Positions 20,837 through 31,576 of a stretch of DNA of 64,000 nucleotides are shown here, piece by piece (the first letter of the stretch is position 1; each line of letters opens with the position of its first letter). Made by a program: the position numbers and the translations under genes. Below the pieces are notes generated by a model. It searched no databases and was not told where the DNA came from. It saw nothing but the letters and a program-made list of their open reading frames with translations. Source of the DNA: Spirochaetota bacterium. Its GTDB lineage: Bacteria > Spirochaetota > UBA4802 > UBA5550. The stretch spans positions 320,001 to 384,000 of the forward strand of contig CAXXHB010000002.1 in assembly GCA_963664815.2 (NCBI GenBank), in the 5' to 3' direction.

Positions 20837-22711
20837 TTATACTTTTTTCAATCCAAAGTTGTATGGGAATCTTATCGTTTCAAGACCTATAGCGCTATAG
20901 AAATTCTGCATATCCTTTTCATTCGTGAATGCAATATATTCCGGGTTATCCCTGTATGCTGTTACAAGAAAATCTTTTATCTTCCCGTAAATATTATCTT
21001 CAATTAAAAGTGGAATATCATTAAAATTATTTTTAATAATCTGTGTGACAGTCTCCTGCCTAACATTAAATACAGGAACAATAAATTTATACAAGTCTAT
21101 TGCTTCCATATATTTCTCCATTTTATCAAAAACCTGGTACATATGAAAAATCGATCCTGCAGCGAAAGAATTAAAAACATTCTGTCTTCTGTAGAAATTA
21201 TCATTTTCATTCGTTTTAACTGTATCTGTAATCATTTTTTCATTTATAATTGAATTGGAAATAAATATAACATTAAATAATCTTGAATCATCGGCTTCTT
21301 TAATAAAATGTTTCATTTCATTATAAAAGATATTTATATCAGAAATCGTTATATGCAGGTCTGTGACAATAGTATCTACTTCATCTTTAATTTTATCAAT
21401 CGGCCAGCGATCATCTCCATTAAATATCAATCCCCTGGTGAAAAGAGTATTTTCACTTACAGTAAAATCCGGCAGATAAAAAACAACCGGGGTCATTCCT
21501 GATTTTTCTTCTATGTATGAAGAAATCTTTTTAATCTGTTCTGATTTGAAATTCCATCCCTCTATAAAATAATATGGTGGTTTCTGCTGAAACTTTACTC
21601 CATTCTTCACTGCCATCTCCCTGATCTCTGTTCCGGGAAGAATCATAAGCGGATAAAGTTCTATAAAATCACCCAATCCTCTTTCACATAAAACATCAAC
21701 GGTCTTTAAAAAGCTCTTTTCATCATCACCGGGAAGACCAGGTATAATTCCTATTTTCAGATCAATCCCGGCATCAACCAGGTTTTCCATTCCTCTCAAT
21801 TCCTTCTCCGGTTCACTCTCCCTGTTTATATTTCCCAGAGCCCTCTTATTCATAGATTGCAGCCCAACCTCAAGGCTGTGGAATCCAGCAGCAAACATCA
21901 GATCTGCAATTTCCGGAGTTATCCTGTCAGTCCGTATTTCAGTATGAAGTTTTACATTATGATTAAGGCTTTTTAATTCTTTAAGTTTCTGGATAAAATC
22001 CTGCGATCGATCAAATGTGGGGCTTAGAATGTATATTTCTTTTATATTTTTCTTTGTCTTAATAATTTCAGTAAGAATATTAAATGAAAGCTGCCTTATT
22101 TTATGCTGATTTTTTGAATAAAAACAATAACTGCATTTATACGGACACCCTCTTGTCATTTCAATAAAGACAGACCCATCAATTTGTGTATCAAGCTGAT
22201 CAGCAGTAACCGGCTCAACAATAGAATCAGTACTGACCAGCTCGCTGCTTTTCTGAATCGCAACTGAGTTACCGTTTATTTCAATATAATTTATCTCTTT
22301 TCCAGATAAAAATGATTCAAAAAACCACTCCCCTTCACCGGAAATGAAAATATCAATTTCCGGAAAATAATCTGACAGAGATATACTTCCTTCAGAAATT
22401 TCCGGTCCTCCGAAAAGAATTAAAACTGAATCCAGTCTTTTTCTGATAATTCCTGATAAACGCAGATTTCTTTCAACATTCCATAAATATGAAGTAAAAC
22501 ATATTACATCAGGAGATTCGGCTGCAACATATTTTATAATTATATCATCTGAACAGAAATCAGATATTACTGATGGAAGCATCCGGCATGTAATATCGCT
22601 GTAATTCTTTTTTATAAAAGATGAAATTACTGCCGGTGCATAGTTAATATTTCCGTTTACATATCCATATGCGTGATCGATAAGTGGTAATTGAATAAAT
22701 AGTATTTTCAT
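20837..22711 (-). CDS. B12-binding radical SAM protein
   Basis: TSYLWN...GGPE...GEGE cobalamin-binding domain; TRGCPYKCSYC; EVGLQS; GLPGD. Confidence 0.9.
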   Translation of the reverse strand: MKILFIQLPLIDHAYGYVNGNINYAPAVISSFIKKNYSDITCRMLPSVISDFCSDDIIIKYVAAESPDVICFTSYLWNVERNLRLSGIIRKRLDSVLILFGGPEISEGSISLSDYFPEIDIFISGEGEWFFESFLSGKEINYIEINGNSVAIQKSSELVSTDSIVEPVTADQLDTQIDGSVFIEMTRGCPYKCSYCFYSKNQHKIRQLSFNILTEIIKTKKNIKEIYILSPTFDRSQDFIQKLKELKSLNHNVKLHTEIRTDRITPEIADLMFAAGFHSLEVGLQSMNKRALGNINRESEPEKELRGMENLVDAGIDLKIGIIPGLPGDDEKSFLKTVDVLCERGLGDFIELYPLMILPGTEIREMAVKNGVKFQQKPPYYFIEGWNFKSEQIKKISSYIEEKSGMTPVVFYLPDFTVSENTLFTRGLIFNGDDRWPIDKIKDEVDTIVTDLHITISDINIFYNEMKHFIKEADDSRLFNVIFISNSIINEKMITDTVKTNENDNFYRRQNVFNSFAAGSIFHMYQVFDKMEKYMEAIDLYKFIVPVFNVRQETVTQIIKNNFNDIPLLIEDNIYGKIKDFLVTAYRDNPEYIAFTNEKDMQNFYSAIGLETIRFPYNFGLKKV

Positions 22712-22790
22712 AATTTCCCAAAAACAGTGTTGTAATTATTTATTAAATTTTATATAATTGAACAAAATAATAAATGCGCTATAATAAACA

Positions 22791-23939
22791 ATGATAAAAA
22801 AAGATAATAATAGAAAGTATAATTTACTCTGCATTGATGACAGTAAACTGAACAGAGTTTTTATTAATAAAACACTCTCACCTCTTAACATCAATTTTTT
22901 TGAAGCTGAAAACGGTATTAAAGGATTAGAAATGTTACCTTTAAGAGATTATGATCTTATTCTCCTTGATATAGTCATGCCTGAAATGGATGGTTTTGGT
23001 TTTTTAAAAGAATTTCATAAAAGAGACAGAAAAGAATTTATTCCGGTAATACTTATGACCGGTCTGGATGATCTTAATTCCAAGATAAAAGGGCTGAATA
23101 TCGGTGCTGATGATTATCTGGTAAAACCTTTAAATGAAGAAGAATTGATAGCTCGGGTTTTTTCTTTACTCAGGCTGAAAAAAGCAAATTCTGAACTTTA
23201 CCAGAAAAATCAATTAATTAAGAGAGAACTTGAAGCAGCAAAAAAAATTCAGCAATATATCATCCCTGATAATTTTGAATTTATAGATCATCCTCAAATA
23301 AGTGGTATTTATCTTCCTATTGAAGACATCGGTGGTGATTTTTTTGATTGTTATAAATTTGATGAAGATAAATCAGCTTTTCTTATAGCTGATGTAACCG
23401 GCCATGGAATACCCGCTGCGCTTACTATGACTATGGCTAAAATGCTCTTCAGTATATATGCAGAAAAATTTGTAAATACTTCTGATCTTATGAGGGAAAT
23501 AAATAAACAATTAAGAGGAACTCTTCTTGATATGCAGTATATCACAGCTTTTTATCTGATATATGAAAACTCTACTAAAACTTTAACTTATTCCAATGCA
23601 GGCCATACACGCCCATTATACTTTAAATCTGCTAAAAACCAGGTGATAGCCCTTGATTCTTTTGGATGGTTTATAGGAATATCAGATGATACTGAATATG
23701 AAGAAAAGAAAATGACTGTTATGAGCGGTGACAGGCTTTTTTTATATACTGACGGGATTACCGAAGCCAAGAATAACGACGGAGAAGAGTTCGGAGAAAT
23801 GAGACTGGCAAAATTTATAAAAAACAATTCGGATCTTCATGGCAAGGATTTCTGCAATTCACTTCTCGATACATTTAACAGATATATCGATGGAGCTGTA
23901 ATAAATGATGATATAGCATTCCTGAACATTGAATTTTAA
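22791..23939 (+). CDS. Response regulator with SpoIIE/PP2C phosphatase output (RsbU-like)
   Basis: REC (DIVMP, KP), coiled coil, GGDFFD, ADVTGHG, YTDGITEA, DDIA. Confidence 0.93.
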   Translation: MIKKDNNRKYNLLCIDDSKLNRVFINKTLSPLNINFFEAENGIKGLEMLPLRDYDLILLDIVMPEMDGFGFLKEFHKRDRKEFIPVILMTGLDDLNSKIKGLNIGADDYLVKPLNEEELIARVFSLLRLKKANSELYQKNQLIKRELEAAKKIQQYIIPDNFEFIDHPQISGIYLPIEDIGGDFFDCYKFDEDKSAFLIADVTGHGIPAALTMTMAKMLFSIYAEKFVNTSDLMREINKQLRGTLLDMQYITAFYLIYENSTKTLTYSNAGHTRPLYFKSAKNQVIALDSFGWFIGISDDTEYEEKKMTVMSGDRLFLYTDGITEAKNNDGEEFGEMRLAKFIKNNSDLHGKDFCNSLLDTFNRYIDGAVINDDIAFLNIEF

Positions 23940-23986
23940 TAAGCTTTCCTCTTTCTTCAGATCCGTTTATTTTTTTCATTCAATAA

Positions 23987-24334
23987 TCATAATTTAATAT
24001 TTTCATTTTCATCTGATTCAATCTCATCCTGATCAGGTAATCCTTCAGAATAATCAGCTTTATTTTTTGGAGCAGGCTGATCAGGAACATTTCCTGAATT
24101 TTTATCTCTTATGTAGGCTTCAAGTTTATCAATTCCCTCTTTCAACTCAGAAAACTCTGATATATTTAACGCTACTCCCTTTTGAGTCGGTTTATAAATA
24201 TCATTTCCATCCATATCCCGTCCGGCAACATACCATATTCTCAGGTTTATTAATTCCTTCCCCTTAAATTCAGAGACTTCAATTCTTATAATTTCATTAT
24301 TATTTCTTTGAATATCTTTTATCAATACAGCCAT
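23987..24334 (-). CDS. PC4/YdbC-family ssDNA-binding protein with acidic tail
   Basis: IRIEVSEFKG...INLRIWY...KPTQKGVAL. Start re-called to ATG at 24334 (AGGAG upstream). Confidence 0.85.
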   Translation of the reverse strand: MAVLIKDIQRNNNEIIRIEVSEFKGKELINLRIWYVAGRDMDGNDIYKPTQKGVALNISEFSELKEGIDKLEAYIRDKNSGNVPDQPAPKNKADYSEGLPDQDEIESDENENIKL

Positions 24335-24683
24335 ATCAATCTCCTGATGGATTACAATAAAAAGCAAAATTATTATATAATATCCGGTGGTCAATTACAT
24401 CTATTAAAATAACTGATTCCAATCAGTATTTTTTTATTTTTAAAGCAATATAAATTTAAATATCTGCAATCAAAAATTATCGCTAAAATTATATAATATA
24501 TCATTTAACCTTTTTATTTTGTTATTATTTTTAATTTTAATAATATTATATTGATTTGATAATGAAATATTTTAGAATGTCTTTTTATTATTATAAACAA
24601 AATATTTCCGGATCATCTGTATAATACTTATCACTTTCTGACAGCTCCGGAAAATATAACATCTGTTTCATCAAAGGTATTAA

Positions 24684-25385
24684 ATGGAAAAAAAAATTCT
24701 CATTTCAGTCATTTCATATAATAATCTTGAATTTATAAAAAAAGCTATTCTTGAAATACAGAATTTTGAGAAAATAGATCTTTTAATTATTGATGATGGT
24801 TCAGATTATGAAATAATTGAAGCAATTAAAGAGTATAAATTTGTAAAAAGTATTATTCATGAAGAAACCTTGGGATATGGAGCCTGTCTTGCCACGGCAT
24901 TTAACTTTGCCCGTGACCTGGAATATAATTACCTGATTACATTAAATCCTGAAGAGAAAGGTTTTATTAAAGATATTCCCAATATTATTAATAATCTTGA
25001 TTACGATTATGATATAGTAACATGCAGTCGGATTCTTGAAAATTATAATAATAATGAATTTGATAACGATACATTAAGCTTTTTTAATGATCTTGCTGAT
25101 TATCTTAATAATGTTACCGAGCTTGACTTAACAGATCCTTTAACAGAGAATAAAGGTTATAATATTGAGTCAACAAAAGATGTTGATCTCACAGCAGAAG
25201 ATCATGGTGTATTATTACAACTTTTTATTCAAGGTGTATATTTTGGATATAACATAATAGAAATTCCTTCAGAATCAGGTTCATCATTTGGCAAAGAACT
25301 GATTTTATATGAGAATCCTCTTGAATCTTTCCTTGCAACAATTGAAACGGAAAGATATTTATACGGCAAAGGTTCAATAAACTGA
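24684..25385 (+). CDS. Glycosyltransferase family 2-like protein (degenerate)
   Basis: YN, IIDDGS, GYGA, DIV..SR and IIEIP are present, but the DxD position reads NPE. Confidence 0.7.
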   Translation: MEKKILISVISYNNLEFIKKAILEIQNFEKIDLLIIDDGSDYEIIEAIKEYKFVKSIIHEETLGYGACLATAFNFARDLEYNYLITLNPEEKGFIKDIPNIINNLDYDYDIVTCSRILENYNNNEFDNDTLSFFNDLADYLNNVTELDLTDPLTENKGYNIESTKDVDLTAEDHGVLLQLFIQGVYFGYNIIEIPSESGSSFGKELILYENPLESFLATIETERYLYGKGSIN

Positions 25386-25422
25386 TTCTGTAATCTGACT
25401 TGAGCCTGTTTCATTTTTTATA

Positions 25423-25459
25423 TTGACAAATTGATTTTATGAAACTAAATATATAAAAT
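25423..25459 (+). promoter_or_regulatory. Candidate sigma70 promoter(s) of the XPB gene
   Basis: TTGACA at 25423; also TTGATT(25431)-N17-TAAAAT(25454). Confidence 0.45.
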
Positions 25460-25478
25460 TTATAACTGCGAAGAAAAA

Positions 25479-27185
25479 ATGACAAAACCTGTTATAGTGC
25501 AGAGTGATAATACACTCCTCGTTGAAGTAGACAATCCGGTATTCGATGAAGCCCGAAATTCCATTTCTCAGTTTTCTGAACTTGAAAAAAGTCCTGAGCA
25601 CATTCACACATACAGAATAACACCCTTATCTCTCTGGAATGCAGCTGCTGCAGGTCTTCGGGTTAAAGATATAATTTCCTATCTGGAACATTACTCCAAA
25701 TATGAAATTCCTGACACTGTCTACACAACAATTAACGAGCAGATGAAACGATATGGTCTTCTTAAACTGATTAAGGTTAATGATAATCTTGTTCTATCAT
25801 CCACTGATCCGGTATTGATTAATGAAATTCTTTACAATAAAAAGTTTCAGAATTATATCCATGAGAGAATTGATCTTAACAATATCAATGTTAAAAAAAT
25901 CTTTCGTGGTCATATAAAACAGGCATTGATAAAAATTGGTTTTCCGGTTGAAGATCTCGCCGGATATGATGAAGGAGATCCATGTGAAATCAATATACGC
26001 CCATTAGTAGAAGAAGGTCAGGGACTTGCTTTCAGGGACTATCAGTCTGATTCAATAAATGCATTTTATAAAGGCGGCGGTCCTGAAGGAGGTAGTGGAG
26101 TTGTCGTTCTGCCATGCGGCGCCGGTAAAACAATAATAGGGATTGGAGCGATGGTTACTATTAAATCAGAAACGCTGATACTCGTTACCAATACTATTGC
26201 ATTGAGACAATGGAAAGATGAACTTTTAAACAAAACATTACTTCCTGAAGATATGATCGGAGAATATTCCGGAGATAAAAAAGAAATAAGACCTGTCACT
26301 ATTGCAACATACAATATATTAACATACAGAAAAAATAAAAAGGAAGGTTTTCTTCATTTCGATCTTTTTAATTCCAAAAATTGGGGCCTTATTATTTACG
26401 ATGAAGTACATCTGTTACCCGCACCTGTTTTCAGAATGACATCTGAAATACAGAGTAAAAGAAGACTTGGCCTTACTGCAACATTAATCCGTGAAGATGG
26501 TCTTGAATCAGATGTCTTCAGTCTTATCGGGCCAAAAAAGTATGACATGCCGTGGAAAATTCTTGAAAAATCAAAATGGATTGCCACAGCTTTATGCACA
26601 GAGGTTCGCATTGAGCTCCCTGAAGAAAAAAGAGTTCAGTATTCTATCTCAAAAGACAGAGAAAAATTCAGACTTGCATCGGAAAATCCCAGAAAAATTG
26701 ATTTCGTAAAACAGATACTTGATCATCATATCGATTCAAACATTTTAATTATCGGGCAATATATATCCCAACTCGAAGAATATAAAAATATTCTTGGCTT
26801 CCCGATGATTACTGGAAGCACACCTCTTTCTGAGCGTGAAGAACTTTATAAGAAATTCAGAAATGGCGAAATAAAGTATCTTATCGTTTCAAAGGTTGCA
26901 AATTTTTCAATAGATCTCCCCGATGCAAACGTTGCTATTCAGATTTCAGGGACATTCGGATCGAGACAGGAAGAAGCTCAAAGGTTAGGCCGCGTTTTAA
27001 GACCTAAAAAAAACGACAATTTTGCATACTTTTATACTATTATTACATCCAATTCTGTAGAAGAAAAATTTGCACACAACAGACAGTTATTCCTTACTGA
27101 ACAGGGCTATACATATTCAATCATGAATGAAGATATGTTTAAGAAAAAATTTGAAGATTCAAGTATAGTTAAAGTTCTTAAATAA
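25479..27185 (+). CDS. XPB/Ssl2-like DNA repair helicase
   Basis: N-terminal EKSPEHIHTYRITPLSLWNA domain, LPCGAGKT, DEVH, LGLTAT..REDG, QRLGRVLR. Confidence 0.95.
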   Translation: MTKPVIVQSDNTLLVEVDNPVFDEARNSISQFSELEKSPEHIHTYRITPLSLWNAAAAGLRVKDIISYLEHYSKYEIPDTVYTTINEQMKRYGLLKLIKVNDNLVLSSTDPVLINEILYNKKFQNYIHERIDLNNINVKKIFRGHIKQALIKIGFPVEDLAGYDEGDPCEINIRPLVEEGQGLAFRDYQSDSINAFYKGGGPEGGSGVVVLPCGAGKTIIGIGAMVTIKSETLILVTNTIALRQWKDELLNKTLLPEDMIGEYSGDKKEIRPVTIATYNILTYRKNKKEGFLHFDLFNSKNWGLIIYDEVHLLPAPVFRMTSEIQSKRRLGLTATLIREDGLESDVFSLIGPKKYDMPWKILEKSKWIATALCTEVRIELPEEKRVQYSISKDREKFRLASENPRKIDFVKQILDHHIDSNILIIGQYISQLEEYKNILGFPMITGSTPLSEREELYKKFRNGEIKYLIVSKVANFSIDLPDANVAIQISGTFGSRQEEAQRLGRVLRPKKNDNFAYFYTIITSNSVEEKFAHNRQLFLTEQGYTYSIMNEDMFKKKFEDSSIVKVLK

Positions 27186-27687
27186 AATCTCTTTAAAATA
27201 TATTTTAACAGAATAAACCCCTGATCAACCCCAAAATGCGCTATATTCATTATTCATACCTGAGATTATCCCTTTAAAATTGTTAAAGAATAATTTTTCT
27301 CCATTTTCCGGTTTTCCACTTTTATATTTTTATAAAACATTTTGTACAAAAAAGTAATAGATAAATATAAAATGGAAATTTTAATTGATTTTTTAATAAT
27401 AGCTAAGTTATCATCTATTATATTATACTCTTCTGTTTTTTATTGTCTCAGTTCATTTTGTCGTTTCTGGAGAATTATTTAATTATTTTAAAAATGGAGA
27501 AATAAAAGCTTTATAGATAAATTAAAATTCATATTATGTATTCATGTACTTATTCTCTGTTTTTGCCTGGATATTAAATAATTTAATGCATTAAAAATAA
27601 ATCTATTTAGCTGTTATATATTGTGGAATACAAATGATAATTAAATTGTCCATATTCCACTTTTGAGAAAGGAAGAATATAATTTAA

Positions 27688-28044
27688 ATGAATTCATTTA
27701 ACTTAAAATGGAAAATAGAAAAAAACTTCCCTGTAATATTTCTTGATGGCGATATAACTTCAGAAGCTGATCAGTTATTGGAAGAAGCCTATTTTGAAAT
27801 CAAAAATCAGATTAAGGAGAAAATATTTATATTCGATTTCTCAAATTCAAGTTATATCAATTCATCCGGTATCTCTTCTTTTATTAAAATTATACATATG
27901 CATAAAGAAGAAGATGGTGATTTCATTTTTACCGGTTTATCTGAACATCTAAAAAAAGTAATGGATATAGTCGGATTGACAGATTATGTAAAAATTTATG
28001 ATTCGATAGATATAGCTATTCAAAAAAGCAGAGATGTAATGTAA
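27688..28044 (+). CDS. STAS-domain protein / anti-sigma factor antagonist
   Basis: LDGDI, FDFS..SYINSSGI, V.DIVGL. Confidence 0.88.
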   Translation: MNSFNLKWKIEKNFPVIFLDGDITSEADQLLEEAYFEIKNQIKEKIFIFDFSNSSYINSSGISSFIKIIHMHKEEDGDFIFTGLSEHLKKVMDIVGLTDYVKIYDSIDIAIQKSRDVM

Positions 28045-28058
28045 ATGGAGGTACAGGA

Positions 28059-29648
28059 ATGGCTGCTAAAACTAAAAACACAGAATGTATACTTTCAATA
28101 GATTCAGGAACTCAATCCATCAGAATCGCTCTTATTGATTTTAAAGGCAACTTTCTTAAAATATGTAAAACGGAAATTGAGCCTTATTTCTCAGTAAGCC
28201 CCGGCCGTGCAGAGCAGCATCCTGAATATTTCTGGAAGATATTATCATCTACATGTAAAAAGCTGCTCAATGATTCTCCTGTGACTGAACAATCAATTAA
28301 AGGTGTTTCATTAACTACCCAGCGCAATACAATGATAAATTTAGATAAAAATGGAACACCTCTCAGACCGGCAATTCAATGGCTGGATAGAAGAAAAGCT
28401 GAAAAAATGGAGTGGCCGCCATTTTATTTGAAAGCTCCATTAAAAGCTATAAACTTGTATGATGTAGTTATATATTCAATGATGGAATGTGAAGCAAACT
28501 GGATATCACAAAATCAGCCGGAGATATGGGATAAAACTCATAAATTTCTTTTTCTTTCAGGATACTTAAATTATATGTTAACCGGAGAATTTATTGATTC
28601 AACCGGTAATCAGGTGGGATATGTTCCTTTTGATTTTAAAAGACATCAATGGGCCGATAAAAATCATTTTTACTGGAAAATGTTTCCGGCTATTAATAGA
28701 AATCATCTTCCTGAATTAGTAAAGCCATCTGAACTTTTAGGGTATATCACATCAAAAGCATCAGCAAAGACAGGTATACCTGCAGGTATACCTGTCTTTG
28801 CTGCGGCAGCTGATAAAGCATGCGAAGTTCTTGGTTCAGGTTGTTTATCTCCGGACATTGCATGTCTTAGTTTTGGAACAACAGCAACTATTGAAACAAC
28901 CAATAAAAAATATACAGAAATTATACCATTTATGCCTCCATATCCGAGTGCTGTTCCTGACTCTTATAATACTGAAGTAATGATATACAGAGGTTACTGG
29001 ATGGTAAGCTGGTTTAAAAATGAATTTGCACATAATGAAATTCAGTTGGCAAAAAAGAAAAAAATAGCACCGGAAATTATCCTTGATCAGATGGCTGGCA
29101 ATATAGCGCCCGGTTCCATGGGTCTTATGCTTCAACCATTCTGGTCTCCCGGTGTAAAAATTCCAGGACCGGAAGCAAAAGGAGCTATCATAGGATTTGG
29201 AGATGTTCATACAAAAGCTCATGTTTATAGAGCTATCCTTGAAGGATTATCCTATGCATTAAAAGAAGGTGCAGATAGAACTGAAAAAAAGAATCATGTT
29301 CCAATTAAAAAGCTTCGTATTTCAGGAGGTGGATCACAAAGTAAAACAGCTATTCAACTCACTGCAGATATATTTAACCTTGTAGCTGAACAGCCTCATA
29401 CTTTTGAAACATCTGCACTTGGAGCTGCGATAGATGCTGCGGTTGGTTTAAAAGCTTTCAACAGCTTTGAAGAAGCTGTAAAATCTATGACAAGAATCAG
29501 CAAAATCTATGAACCGGATCCTGCTAACAGTAAAATCTATAAAGATCTTTTTGAAAAAGTATATATGAAATTATATAAAAAAATGAAACCTCTATATGAA
29601 GATATAAGAAGTATAACAAATTATCCTGAAATTATCAGACACAAATAA
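28059..29648 (+). CDS. FGGY-family carbohydrate kinase
   Basis: SIDSGTQS, W.D.R, AADKAC, SFGT, YRAILEG, SGGGSQS, ALGAA. Confidence 0.92.
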   Translation: MAAKTKNTECILSIDSGTQSIRIALIDFKGNFLKICKTEIEPYFSVSPGRAEQHPEYFWKILSSTCKKLLNDSPVTEQSIKGVSLTTQRNTMINLDKNGTPLRPAIQWLDRRKAEKMEWPPFYLKAPLKAINLYDVVIYSMMECEANWISQNQPEIWDKTHKFLFLSGYLNYMLTGEFIDSTGNQVGYVPFDFKRHQWADKNHFYWKMFPAINRNHLPELVKPSELLGYITSKASAKTGIPAGIPVFAAAADKACEVLGSGCLSPDIACLSFGTTATIETTNKKYTEIIPFMPPYPSAVPDSYNTEVMIYRGYWMVSWFKNEFAHNEIQLAKKKKIAPEIILDQMAGNIAPGSMGLMLQPFWSPGVKIPGPEAKGAIIGFGDVHTKAHVYRAILEGLSYALKEGADRTEKKNHVPIKKLRISGGGSQSKTAIQLTADIFNLVAEQPHTFETSALGAAIDAAVGLKAFNSFEEAVKSMTRISKIYEPDPANSKIYKDLFEKVYMKLYKKMKPLYEDIRSITNYPEIIRHK

Positions 29649-29669
29649 AAAAGGGGCGTTTCCGCCCCT
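29647..29669 (-). terminator. Intrinsic terminator for the HTH gene (between convergent genes)
   Basis: A-tract followed by AGGGGCG-TTTC-CGCCCCT; gives a U-tract on the minus strand. Confidence 0.75.
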
Positions 29670-29676
29670 GCTTATT

Positions 29677-30108
29677 TTAATTCAATATTTTACTTATCAT
29701 TTTTACAATTACATCAATATCTTCTGCCGATCCTTTATCCAGAAGTTTTTTAAATGTAACTAATTCTTTTCCATAACTGTTTTCATTTGCTATAACAAAT
29801 TTCTCACCAACACCATACAGAAGCCAGTCCAGCGATATTTTATGGCGAATTGAAATACTTCTTAAAAACTTAAATGAAGGATTTTGAGAACCGCATTCAA
29901 CTTTAGCAACATATCTTCTGTCGATACCTGCTGATTCGCCAAATTCTCTTTGAGTAATCTTTAGTTCTTTTCTGATTTCTTTTAAGCGAAGTCTGATGTT
30001 TTTAAAAAATTCAGCTTCTTTGTCATCGTCAAGTATACTTTCTGAAAGAAATTCATGCTCATTGTATCGTTCCCGATACTTGTTTTGGTTACCAATTGTT
30101 GTATTCAT
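29677..30108 (-). CDS. XRE/Cro-family helix-turn-helix regulator
   Basis: RLKEIRKELKITQREFG...YVAKVECG.QNPS...ISLDWLLYG.G. Confidence 0.88.
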   Translation of the reverse strand: MNTTIGNQNKYRERYNEHEFLSESILDDDKEAEFFKNIRLRLKEIRKELKITQREFGESAGIDRRYVAKVECGSQNPSFKFLRSISIRHKISLDWLLYGVGEKFVIANENSYGKELVTFKKLLDKGSAEDIDVIVKMISKILN

Positions 30109-30343
30109 ATTCCCTCTATATTTTTTTATTTTAAAACAGAATCTATTATATATGTTTTTTTTTCAAGAAAAATACTGATAAAAACGCAAAAGAGTTTATC
30201 CTTACGCTATTTATTCATACACATTATCATTTTTTTGTATTTTTAATTTATTTATCATTAAAATCTTTTTTCATTTAAAATTATTTGAAAAAATTTACTT
30301 TACACCGTCTGAATAACCGGCACAAATTCTGTCTGGGAAAAAT

Positions 30344-31576
30344 ATGAATACTAATATACTAAGTGTAGATAAAGCTCTTGATATTGTCCTTTCTAACATT
30401 AAGGAAATAAATCATTCTGAAAAAATTGATATCTTTAACTGCTATGGACGTACTCTTTTTTATGATCTTGCAGCTGAATTTAATGTTCCTTTGAACAATA
30501 TATCAGCCATGGATGGTTATGCTGTTTGTTCTGATGATATTAAACATGCAAGGTCTGACTCTGCCGTATCTCTTAAAATAATCGGTGAAATACAGGCTGG
30601 AAATGAGTCTACCGTTGATAAACTCTGCAGCGGTAATTGTATCAGAATAATGACAGGCGCGCCTGTTCCTGAAGGTGCAGACAGCGTTGTCCCGTTTGAA
30701 GATACTGTAGAAATCATAGATAATGTTCAAATTTTTAAAAAAACCGCACAAAATGAAAATATCCGTTTTGCTGGAGAAACCTTTAAAAAAGGAGATATTG
30801 TTCTTAAAAGCGGAACAAAAATTGATTCTGCACAGATAGGTCTTATTTCTTCTTTGAACTTAAAAGATGTTTATGTTCATAAAAAACCTAAAGTTGCAAT
30901 AATCTCAAGCGGTGATGAATTAGCTGAACCAGGAGATTATATCCCCGGGAAAATTATAAATAGTAATGCTTATGTTCTTTTTTCTGAAATAATCAAATAT
31001 GGAGGTGAGCCCATTTACGGAGGAATTGTAAAAGACAGGTATGAAGATGTTAAAAATATTTTTTTAAAATTGCTTGATAATGATATAATTATTTCTTCAG
31101 GCGGAGTATCAATGGGCAGGTATGACTTCATTCCAGATGTTCTTAAAGATATTGGTATAGATATTAAAGTACATAAAGTAATGATGAAACCTGGTAAACC
31201 TGTTGTATTTGGTATCAACGGCGAAAAAGCTTTTTTCGGATTACCAGGAAATCCGGTTTCAACAATGGTGTCTTTCATGCAGTTTGTAAGACCAGCTATT
31301 TTAAAAATGAGTGGAAATAAAAAAATCAGTAAGCCTCTGCTAAAAGCAAAAATTAAAGAAGATATAAATAAAGAGAAAGGTAAAAAATATTTTATCAGAG
31401 GTTTTTTCAATATTGAAAATGGTAATTTTTACGCAAAAACAACCGGTCCTCAGGGATCTGGCATAATATCTTCAATGAGTAATTCAAATTGTCTTATTGT
31501 TATACCAGAGGAAATCGAATCAGTAAAATCGGGTGATTATGTAGATATTCAACTAATTAACCATAGTGAGATATGA
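30344..31576 (+). CDS. moeA: Molybdopterin molybdenumtransferase
   Basis: SAMDGYA, IMTGAPVP, SSGDEL, SGGVSMG, KPGKP, LPGNPVS. Confidence 0.96.
   Translation: MNTNILSVDKALDIVLSNIKEINHSEKIDIFNCYGRTLFYDLAAEFNVPLNNISAMDGYAVCSDDIKHARSDSAVSLKIIGEIQAGNESTVDKLCSGNCIRIMTGAPVPEGADSVVPFEDTVEIIDNVQIFKKTAQNENIRFAGETFKKGDIVLKSGTKIDSAQIGLISSLNLKDVYVHKKPKVAIISSGDELAEPGDYIPGKIINSNAYVLFSEIIKYGGEPIYGGIVKDRYEDVKNIFLKLLDNDIIISSGGVSMGRYDFIPDVLKDIGIDIKVHKVMMKPGKPVVFGINGEKAFFGLPGNPVSTMVSFMQFVRPAILKMSGNKKISKPLLKAKIKEDINKEKGKKYFIRGFFNIENGNFYAKTTGPQGSGIISSMSNSNCLIVIPEEIESVKSGDYVDIQLINHSEI

Noticed and set aside
27372-27482. Short hydrophobic ORF (MEILIDFLIIAK..., 36 aa) in the region before the STAS gene
   Set aside because: No RBS, and such ORFs are expected by chance in T-rich DNA.
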